From Deltaproteobacteria bacterium (GTDB lineage Bacteria; Bdellovibrionota_C; UBA2361; J135), in contig JACKAH010000002.1 of the NCBI GenBank assembly GCA_020635175.1, positions 15,406-79,405 on the forward strand: a DNA stretch of 64,000 nucleotides. The letters are read 5' to 3'. Below, one piece after another: positions 57,300 to 64,000 of this stretch. Numbering within the stretch: the stretch's first letter is position 1; every line of letters begins with the position of its first letter. The notes beneath the pieces were generated by a model. That model searched no databases. It saw only the letters and a list, made by a program, of their open reading frames with translations, and had not been told where the DNA came from. A program made the position numbers and the translations under genes.

Positions 57300-58700
57300 A
57301 TGAGTAAGGTTATTGCAATCATACCACAGGTAGCTGCCTTGGTTGTATTGCATAAAATTCTGCAGTATAAAGAGGCTCCTATGGAATGCGGTATCGACGA
57401 GTCTGATGGTTTAGATGATCAAGGATTGCCACTTAGTGGCGCTGACGATAGTGGTGTCTCAGGAGATTTGGAAATTGTTGCAGAAACTAGGAGAGAACTA
57501 GTGATTGACCATCCCCTTGCATTAACTGGAGTTTTACAGACCTACGGTTGGGGAAAGATAGGTGAGCTCTCAAAAGCAGCTCAACTGCACGGTGAATTCG
57601 ATCAGGGAACACCTTACGCTGAGCTTTGGTTGGGGGTTCATCCAAATGGCCAAGCTATCACCACTCTGAATGGCCAGACTACAAACTTTGCAGATATCTG
57701 TGCAGCATCCCCTACACAAATTTTAGGTCCTCAAGTTCAAGAATTATACGGAGAGCTTCCGTTCCTCTTTAAAGTCTTAAGCATTGGACAACCACTTTCA
57801 ATTCAGGCCCATCCCGACCCCGAGCTTGCTAAAGTTTTACATGCGGCTGATCCAGATCATTATCCCGATGATAGACACAAGCCTGAGATAGCGATTGCAA
57901 TTACGTATCTAGAGTATCTACGTGGTTTTAGATCTATCTCAGAAATTTCGGAGAATTTTAAAAGGAGAGAACCCTTAAAAAAACTTTTAGGGCCAGATCT
58001 AGCACAACGTCTCCAAGATTATGCGAATCATGATTCAGAGCAACTTCTAAGAGATGTTTATCAAGCAGTTATGCGAGCTGATGCTGATCTTTTAGAAACA
58101 GTAACTACTGAAATGCTAAGCGCTATAGACGTTGAAGGCGAGGTATCACGCGAAGATGAATGGTTTAAAACTCTAGCTGAAGATTACCCAAAAGGTGATG
58201 TCGGTATGATTAGCTTTTATCTGCTAAATCTTGGGCGGATTGAAAAGGGTCAGGCTATCTTCACTGGTCCTGGTATCCCGCATGCTTATCTTGCTGGAGA
58301 TATTGTCGAGGTGATGTCGAACTCTGATAATACTGTAAGAGGTGGCATTACTCCTAAGTTTATCGATGTTGAAAACCTCTTATCAATGCTGACCTATGAA
58401 CAGGGCCAGATGCCTCTCGTTGAGACAACGCCTTTAAGTCAAAGTAAAGGAGTAAGATATGTTACTCCAGCCCCTGAATTTGTAGTCGATTTATTTGATA
58501 ATGATTGTATTTCAGAGCAGCATTCAACTAATCAAGGTGTTCAGCTTGTTTTTTGCTTGTCTGGGAGTGCAAATTTAGAAGTGTCTGGATCTGCCTTTGA
58601 GCTAAAGCCTGGAGGCGCTTTAATTATACCAGCATCTTGTCCTGATTATACTTTAACCGTAAATGAAGGATCCATGTTTAGAGTTAGTGTTGCCGCGTAA
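57300..58700 (+). CDS. manA: Mannose-6-phosphate isomerase, class I, with an acidic N-terminal extension
   Basis: ELWLGVHPNG, LPFLFKVLSIGQPLSIQAHPD, HKPEIAIAIT and IPHAYLAGDIVEVMSNSDNTVRGGITPKF. The conserved core begins near residue 75. The internal ATG at 57381 is preceded by aagagg and may be the true start. Confidence 0.9.
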   Translation: MSKVIAIIPQVAALVVLHKILQYKEAPMECGIDESDGLDDQGLPLSGADDSGVSGDLEIVAETRRELVIDHPLALTGVLQTYGWGKIGELSKAAQLHGEFDQGTPYAELWLGVHPNGQAITTLNGQTTNFADICAASPTQILGPQVQELYGELPFLFKVLSIGQPLSIQAHPDPELAKVLHAADPDHYPDDRHKPEIAIAITYLEYLRGFRSISEISENFKRREPLKKLLGPDLAQRLQDYANHDSEQLLRDVYQAVMRADADLLETVTTEMLSAIDVEGEVSREDEWFKTLAEDYPKGDVGMISFYLLNLGRIEKGQAIFTGPGIPHAYLAGDIVEVMSNSDNTVRGGITPKFIDVENLLSMLTYEQGQMPLVETTPLSQSKGVRYVTPAPEFVVDLFDNDCISEQHSTNQGVQLVFCLSGSANLEVSGSAFELKPGGALIIPASCPDYTLTVNEGSMFRVSVAA

Positions 58701-58703
58701 GTT

Positions 58704-60104
58704 ATGTTTAATCAAATTACCCATCCGTTAGTTCTTAAGTATCTGCCAGCTGCAAAACCTGAAAATTATGATGATCTATTTGATGAGCTGCTCGCTGCTG
58801 CTAAGAGGACTTCAACGGGAGAAGAAGGGCAAAAATTTGCTGCACTTCAAAGTTTTGTGCCGGTGGAGACGAGCGAAGCTCTATCTGAGCAGATCTTAGT
58901 AATTGATGTAGGTGGCACATACGTTCGAGTTGCACTTAGAGCAATTGATGCTGAGGGAAATTGTAATTGGCAAGCTCTGCTTAGGGCTAGAAATTATGAA
59001 CTGATTAAGGAGGATATCTCTGGAACTCTATTTTCTCAGATGAGAGAGTGTGTGGTTCGTCAGGTTATAGATAAGCTTGAGGAACTTTCGATTGATAAAG
59101 CTTCTATTAGTGGTCTTGGTATAGTTTGGTCAAATGCACTTAATTGCTATGAGCTTAAGGAAAATGGATGCAGAGGTGTCTCTGGTCAAGTTGTAGGAAA
59201 AGATCACGGTAAGTTTTATGTTAAGGGAGAGCCTTGGAATCCAGATCTACATGATGGTGATGATATCGGTCTTGCTTTCTTAGAGACCTTCAAGGAATTT
59301 GGCTTTAAAATGAAAGCCTTTGTGATTTCAAACGATACTATCTTTACTCAAAAAACTGTACCAGAAGCAACTTCAGGTATGGTTGCTTCTACTGGAACAA
59401 ACGTGACTTATATTGAGCCAGGAGAGAAGCTGCTTAGAAACTCAGAAGCTGGAAATGCTTTTATAGTTCCAGAAAAATTTCAGCACAAAGCAGATCAGAT
59501 CTCAGAAGATCTTTTTAATATAGAATGTTTTATAGCAGGTCGAGCTATGCAACGTAGGTTTGCTTCTCATTTAGTTTATTTGGCTAAAGAGATTTGCTCA
59601 GATAATTCACAGTCTAAAGAGTTAAGAGGAAGATGTCAGAAGATCTTAGATAGATTATGTAGGGATAATTTTTATCTAACTGCATTTAAAGGTAAAGACT
59701 TAACAGCGCTCGTCTCAAAGGACTTTGAGCGTTTTCTTGAGCTGCGTGAAGACGATGCTGAGTTATATCGTGACGATGAGTTTCTAGAGTTACTACGACA
59801 AATTGCACTAAATATTGTGCTGCGAGGTGGAACACATGCCGCAATGTTAGCATACGTCTCTGTTTACAATCAGTTAGAGAACGGAGAAGATGGTTTAGTT
59901 ATTGCCTTAGACAGTAGTCAAGCACATCTATTACCTTTTTATTATGACGCCTTTAAACAAGAGTTTAATCAGATTCTAAAATCTCGTTGCCCAGGTAAAG
60001 ATATATCTGTTGAGCTTATTGATCAGGGTGAAGGTAGGGTGATAACAGTTCCTATGCGCGGTGCTGCTTCTGCAGTAAATGATTTTTTAGCAATGGGTGC
60101 ATAA
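58704..60104 (+). CDS. Hexokinase-fold sugar kinase (divergent)
   Basis: ILVIDVGGTYVRVAL compares with hexokinase LAxDLGGTNFRV. VISNDTIFT compares with LxNDTVGT. VASTGTNVTYIE compares with GTGxNxxYxE. VIALDSSQAHLLPFY compares with DGSVYxxxPxF. Confidence 0.65.
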   Translation: MFNQITHPLVLKYLPAAKPENYDDLFDELLAAAKRTSTGEEGQKFAALQSFVPVETSEALSEQILVIDVGGTYVRVALRAIDAEGNCNWQALLRARNYELIKEDISGTLFSQMRECVVRQVIDKLEELSIDKASISGLGIVWSNALNCYELKENGCRGVSGQVVGKDHGKFYVKGEPWNPDLHDGDDIGLAFLETFKEFGFKMKAFVISNDTIFTQKTVPEATSGMVASTGTNVTYIEPGEKLLRNSEAGNAFIVPEKFQHKADQISEDLFNIECFIAGRAMQRRFASHLVYLAKEICSDNSQSKELRGRCQKILDRLCRDNFYLTAFKGKDLTALVSKDFERFLELREDDAELYRDDEFLELLRQIALNIVLRGGTHAAMLAYVSVYNQLENGEDGLVIALDSSQAHLLPFYYDAFKQEFNQILKSRCPGKDISVELIDQGEGRVITVPMRGAASAVNDFLAMGA

Positions 60105-60106
60105 AA

Positions 60107-60421
60107 GTGATACTTACAAATCTTGAGTCTGTGCCAGGGAGAGTCATAGTTGAACACTACGGCTTAGTGCAAGGTAGTACTATTAGGGCAAAGCATATCG
60201 GTAGAGATATTGCTGCTGGCATTAAGAATATTTTTGGTGGTGAACTTAGAGGTTACACTGAATTGTTAAATGAATCTCGCGAGCAGTCAATTCAACGCAT
60301 GGTTCAGCAGGCTCATTCGCTCGGAGCTAATGCTATTATTAATGTGCGATTTTCAACCTCTTCAATTACTGCTGGCGCTTCTGAGCTGTTTGTTTATGGT
60401 ACAGCAGTAAGTGTGCAGTAA
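60107..60421 (+). CDS. ybjQ: YbjQ/UPF0145 family protein
   Basis: Whole-length resemblance: ...SVPGRVIVEHYGLVQGSTIRAKHIGRDIAAGIKNIFGGELRGYTELL...GANAIINVRF... GTG start. Confidence 0.85.
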   Translation: MILTNLESVPGRVIVEHYGLVQGSTIRAKHIGRDIAAGIKNIFGGELRGYTELLNESREQSIQRMVQQAHSLGANAIINVRFSTSSITAGASELFVYGTAVSVQ

Positions 60422-60424
60422 GCT

Positions 60425-60871
60425 ATGGACTGGAGTGTCGTTTTATTAATCCTAGTCGGATACCTCTCTGGTAAAGCGATTGAGAAAAACCATTTAAAAA
60501 AACTTTCCCTTCAGGAACAGTCATTACGGGACGTGCCGGTACTTTCTACTAGAACTATTTCACCTGAATGGAAAATTACTAGGACACACCTCGTTTCAGG
60601 TTCAACGGTAATCTCGATTGATTATTTTAAACGCTTTGCCGCAGCGATTCGTAACATATTTGGAGGGAACGTTAGATCTTTTGAGCCTGTGCTAGATCGA
60701 GCCAGAAGAGATGCGTTAGTAAAGATGAGAAGCTCTGCCCGATCGTTAGGGGCCTCTTATGTAATTAACGTACGTATGGAAACTTCTCGAATTGGTGTCA
60801 ACAAGCGCGGTAAGGGTGTTGGCTGTGCAGAGGTTCTTGCCTATGGCACAGCAATAATTCTTGAGAAGTAA
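60425..60871 (+). CDS. Membrane-anchored YbjQ-like domain protein
   Basis: N-terminal TM segment WSVVLLILVGYLSG, then FAAAIRNIFGGNVRSFEPVLDRARRDALVKM...GASYVINVRMET...VLAYGTA. Confidence 0.7.
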   Translation: MDWSVVLLILVGYLSGKAIEKNHLKKLSLQEQSLRDVPVLSTRTISPEWKITRTHLVSGSTVISIDYFKRFAAAIRNIFGGNVRSFEPVLDRARRDALVKMRSSARSLGASYVINVRMETSRIGVNKRGKGVGCAEVLAYGTAIILEK

Positions 60872-60877
60872 AATCTG

Positions 60878-61765
60878 ATGAAGATTAACTACACTGAACC
60901 TGATCATAAAGTAAATCAGGGAGCGCCAGAGGGGCTTTCAGGTGTGTTGCTGAATGTTGCATTGATTGCTCTGACAGTCTTTCTCTTTATCTTTGTTCTT
61001 CGTTACACAATTAGTTTGGCTGCACCACATATTCCATTTTCAGTTGAACTTAAGCTTAGAGGAATATTCTCGACTTTTGTCAGCGGATATACACTAAAAG
61101 ATTCAGCTGAAGTTGAAGATTATCTCGAAAATCTGGTTGGCGATGTGAAGCGAAATTTTGCTTCTGAAGTTCCAGACGTTAGTGCCACAGCACTCTGCAT
61201 AAAAGAGGAGAATGCATTTGCATTACCTGGCGCACAAATCGTGATAACTTCTGGATTGATCAATGAACTTGATTCAGAAGAGGAGCTTCTCTTCGTCTTG
61301 TCACATGAGGTAGGTCATATCGTTCATAGAGATAATATGAAGGGTTTAGGTGAGATGTTGTTGCAGGTAGGGCTGGCAGTTGTTTTAGGACCTTTTTTGC
61401 CTCAAGAGACAGGTTCGGTTTTTTCTAACACAAATATCTGGACCTCAAGGTCTTTCACTAGAGCTCAGGAGTACAAAGCTGATGATTTTGGAGTCATGGT
61501 GCTAGCAAAGGAAGTCGGCTCCGTTGCAGCAAGTCTTTCCGTTTTTGATAAATTCAACAAGATGGAGGAGAAAATGGGGATTAGAAAGGGCGACTTGGCA
61601 CAGTCTCTTTCTGCGACTCATCCACATTCCTTAGATCGAAGTAAGCGGGTAAAATTAGGGGAATTTAAAAATCTACTTACAGAGATTCAGCGTAACAGCG
61701 CTTCCTTTAGTAACTTTAAGCAAGCTGTTAAAGAAAAATGTGCTCTTCAATTAGCTAAAGACTGA
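60878..61765 (+). CDS. M48-family zinc metallopeptidase, membrane-anchored
   Basis: N-terminal TM segment LLNVALIALTVFLFIFVL. HExxH motif in LSHEVGHIVHRD. Downstream E/D in AQEYKADDFG. Confidence 0.8.
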   Translation: MKINYTEPDHKVNQGAPEGLSGVLLNVALIALTVFLFIFVLRYTISLAAPHIPFSVELKLRGIFSTFVSGYTLKDSAEVEDYLENLVGDVKRNFASEVPDVSATALCIKEENAFALPGAQIVITSGLINELDSEEELLFVLSHEVGHIVHRDNMKGLGEMLLQVGLAVVLGPFLPQETGSVFSNTNIWTSRSFTRAQEYKADDFGVMVLAKEVGSVAASLSVFDKFNKMEEKMGIRKGDLAQSLSATHPHSLDRSKRVKLGEFKNLLTEIQRNSASFSNFKQAVKEKCALQLAKD

Positions 61766-62766
61766 ATTAGTTTTAGTTGCTCTTTTAGATCAAATAGCTG
61801 TTCATGCCAGTAGCGACTGGAATTAAAATCGATAAATGTTCTTTTGAAGGCAGGATCTTCCCAGCGTCGAGCAATCCAAGCGCTAAAATGGATGAAGCGA
61901 AGTGCTCTTAGAGGTTCGATTAGTTTAAGAGAGCGATGGTCAAATTCAAACATCTGCTCGTATGCATCAATCAAAATATCTCGTCGTAACTGAGACTCCT
62001 GATCTCTGCCTGGTACTACCAGCCAGATATCCTGGATGCCTGGACCAACCAACATGTCATCAAAATCCACCCAGAAGGGGCCACTATCACTCCAGATTAA
62101 ATTGCCAAGGTGGCAATCTCCATGTATTCGATGAGTTTTAACTCCATTAAAAAGAGGGGTGCTTTCTTTACAGATCTCTCTAACGGTCAGTTCATATTCA
62201 GCTTTGATTTCTGGGAGTAAGAAATTATGTGTTAAAAGATATTCAAGATTTTGAATTCCATATGTTTCTGGGTTTATTCTCAATCGATCTGGCGCGTCTT
62301 TTGCTGCTCCAGTTCCATGCATTCTAGCTAGTAGTCTTCCAACTTGCTCAAGTTGTTGATCGTTGAATTCGTCAGGAGTTCGACCACCCTTTTTGGGAAA
62401 GACAGCAAAAAAGATTCCCGTGCCAGATTCAGTATGAACCGACATGCCTGATTCTAATTTTAGTGGAGCAACAACTGGGATTTCATTTTCAACCAAGTCA
62501 AACAAGAACTGATGCTCTTGTTCTATCTGCTCCCTGCTCCAACGACCAGGACGATAAAATTTTACAATCCGAAATCGCTCGCTTGGTGATTTAATCTTGT
62601 CAGAGTCAACTTCAACCTCAACCTCATAGACTCTATTTTCCATGCTATTTAAAGCTAGGCAGCGACCAGTGCACTCAAAGCCTAATGCTTCAACGGCCTC
62701 TAGGATTCTTTCTGGTGTTAGATCGTAGAAAAATTGTGTTTCGCCCTCAGGCTGATTCTTCATCAC
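61747..62766 (-). CDS. srkA: Stress-response serine/threonine kinase SrkA (YihE/RdoA family)
   Basis: LNSMENRVYEV, VKFYRPGRWSREQIEQEHQF, IHGDCHLGNLIW, VDFDD and EPLRALRFIHFSAWIARRWEDPAF. Confidence 0.9.
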   Translation of the reverse strand: MMKNQPEGETQFFYDLTPERILEAVEALGFECTGRCLALNSMENRVYEVEVEVDSDKIKSPSERFRIVKFYRPGRWSREQIEQEHQFLFDLVENEIPVVAPLKLESGMSVHTESGTGIFFAVFPKKGGRTPDEFNDQQLEQVGRLLARMHGTGAAKDAPDRLRINPETYGIQNLEYLLTHNFLLPEIKAEYELTVREICKESTPLFNGVKTHRIHGDCHLGNLIWSDSGPFWVDFDDMLVGPGIQDIWLVVPGRDQESQLRRDILIDAYEQMFEFDHRSLKLIEPLRALRFIHFSAWIARRWEDPAFKRTFIDFNSSRYWHEQLFDLKEQLKLIQSLAN

Positions 62767-63550
62767 TACTCTTAGGTTCAGTCATTTTTACCACAACAAT
62801 ACTGAGACCGTATAGAATTAACAAGGGACCGGCCATTAATAGCTGAGTTACAACATCAGGAGGTGTTAAAATAGCACCAATTGCAAACGCGGCAACAATT
62901 GCATATCTAAATGCACCAATCAGCATCTTTGAATTGATTATCCTAAGTTTGCCAAGAAAGAATGCAACTATAGGCATTTCAAAAATTAGACCAAAAGCAA
63001 TTAATGCTTTCGCGATAAACCCTACATGCTCAGCGATCCTAACAGTAGGAGTTACATTAATAGATTGATACTGCTGAAAGAAAAATTCAAAAGCAAAAGG
63101 CAAAACGACAGAATAGCAAAACCATAAACCTACTAGAAAAAGTAGGGTGGTAGATAATATAAAAGGTAAGGCTAACTTTTTCTCCTGCTCAAGTAGTCCA
63201 GGTTGAATAAAGAGCCAAAGTTGCAGAAATAAAATCGGTGATGAGATTACAACTCCACCAGCAACAGCCATTTTAAGTTTTAACAGAAATGCCTCGGCAG
63301 GGCCGGTGCCAATTAAAGAGCTGCCATTGAAGTTCCTATAGTAAGGGGCTGAGAGAAGATCGAAAATTTCTGTAGAAAATAGATATGCAACTCCGGCACA
63401 GATTAGAATTGAGCCAAAGGAGTAAATAAAACGTTTTCTTAACTCGTGCAGATGCTCAATTAAAGGCATCTCCCCAGAGTTTGGATCAGTGATCATTTTT
63501 TGCGAATCATTCATCTTCTGACTTTTCTTTGACAGGCTCTTTTTGTTCAA
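62747..63550 (-). CDS. tatC: Twin-arginine translocase subunit TatC
   Basis: MPLIEHLHELRKR, six TM segments, and LTPPDVVTQ. The true start is probably an internal Met (63514 or 63496), because the tracked ORF overlaps tatA by 44 nt. Confidence 0.92.
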   Translation of the reverse strand: MNKKSLSKKSQKMNDSQKMITDPNSGEMPLIEHLHELRKRFIYSFGSILICAGVAYLFSTEIFDLLSAPYYRNFNGSSLIGTGPAEAFLLKLKMAVAGGVVISSPILFLQLWLFIQPGLLEQEKKLALPFILSTTLLFLVGLWFCYSVVLPFAFEFFFQQYQSINVTPTVRIAEHVGFIAKALIAFGLIFEMPIVAFFLGKLRIINSKMLIGAFRYAIVAAFAIGAILTPPDVVTQLLMAGPLLILYGLSIVVVKMTEPKSSDEESA

Positions 63551-63776
63551 TCTCTTCTTTTGCCGTTGTTAATTGTCTAACAGCCGATTTTTTTACCTCT
63601 TCTGCCGGAGTATAAACTGAATTGTAAAACTCTCTTCTAATAGAATCGGATCCTCTTTTAAACTCTCCAATGAATCTTCCAAGTTTTGAAGCCATCTCAG
63701 GAAGTTTTTCGGGACCAAAGACCAGCAGAATAACAATGAAAAGAAGCAAAATCTCAGGAATGCTGATACCAAACAT
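63507..63776 (-). CDS. tatA: Twin-arginine translocase TatA/TatB-family subunit
   Basis: MFGISIPEILLLFIVILLVFGPEKLPEMASKLGRFIGEFKRG. Confidence 0.9.
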   Translation of the reverse strand: MFGISIPEILLLFIVILLVFGPEKLPEMASKLGRFIGEFKRGSDSIRREFYNSVYTPAEEVKKSAVRQLTTAKEEIEQKEPVKEKSEDE

Positions 63777-63781
63777 CTATT

Positions 63782-64000
63782 TACTCAAATTTAAGGATTG
63801 AATCAGTCTTGTATTCGCTAATTTTATCTCTACCCTCTAACGAGCCAAGTTCAATTAGGAATAAGATCTTTTGAATATCAGCGCCACAAAGAGAGAGTAG
63901 CTTGCATGCAGCAGCTGCAGTTCCACCTGTGGCAAGTAGATCATCAACTAGCACTACTTTCTGTCCCTGTGTTACGGCACCATCGCAGATTTCAATTGCA
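63782..64000 (-). CDS. apt: Adenine phosphoribosyltransferase (3' part; the 5' end lies beyond the window)
   Basis: My own minus-strand translation gives ...VLVDDLLATGGTAAAACKLLSLCGADIQKILFLIELGSLEGRDKISEYKTDSILKFE*. This is the PRPP-binding loop VDDLLATGGT. Confidence 0.8.

Noticed and set aside
1-64000. A window-wide look for CRISPR arrays, IS elements or transposases, integrases, rRNA or tRNA genes, and known defence-system cassettes
   Set aside because: I recognised none by eye. No regularly spaced direct repeats were seen, and no intergenic region has cloverleaf potential. A computational scan (tRNAscan-SE, Infernal, or a repeat finder) is still needed to exclude short or degenerate elements.

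Overview
This is a roughly 40% GC (by eye) bacterial chromosomal window. The organism is Gram-negative in type, with lpxC, lpxD, an outer-membrane beta-barrel and Tat. The gene order is compatible with a Bdellovibrionota/Oligoflexia- or deltaproteobacteria-like lineage, but that placement is low-confidence inference. Most of the window is densely packed housekeeping operons:
- an 11-gene NADH:quinone oxidoreductase cluster, nuoCDEFGH-JKLMN (5.6-17.8 kb), followed by tightly coupled PP2C-like, gnd and CDF genes
- a hybrid sensor kinase
- rimP-nusA-ylxR-infB-rbfA-nrnA-truB, then purA and a receiver-domain::LpxC fusion
- an HU-family protein with a lysine-rich tail
- a membrane-anchored HdrD/DsrK-like Fe-S oxidoreductase
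- a CNNM/CorC-type protein
- a TctC-TctA transporter
- dnaE, an AI-2E family permease, a lipid kinase, and nadC-birA-coaX
- lpxD followed by a substrate-binding/VWA lipoprotein
- ilvA and a cNMP-binding protein
- a manA / hexokinase-like / YbjQ / YbjQ / M48 operon
- apt-tatA-tatC-srkA on the minus strand

I saw no rRNA, tRNA, CRISPR array, transposase or integrase.

The main anomalies are:
1. A sharply bounded, roughly 1.1-kb segment of about 58-60% GC (56021-57146). It carries a single HAD-like hydrolase gene bracketed by GC-rich hairpins and sits in a 28-40% GC background.
2. A response-regulator receiver domain fused in one ORF to an apparently catalytically intact LpxC.
3. A nuo cluster that lacks nuoA, nuoB and nuoI.
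4. An orphan minus-strand intrinsic terminator with a candidate 33-aa small ORF.
5. Several degenerate or atypical domain architectures: a PP2C-like protein, a PHP-like protein, an H1-tail HU, and a bacterial hexokinase-fold kinase.

All functional calls come from motif recognition in the supplied translations. No database search was run.
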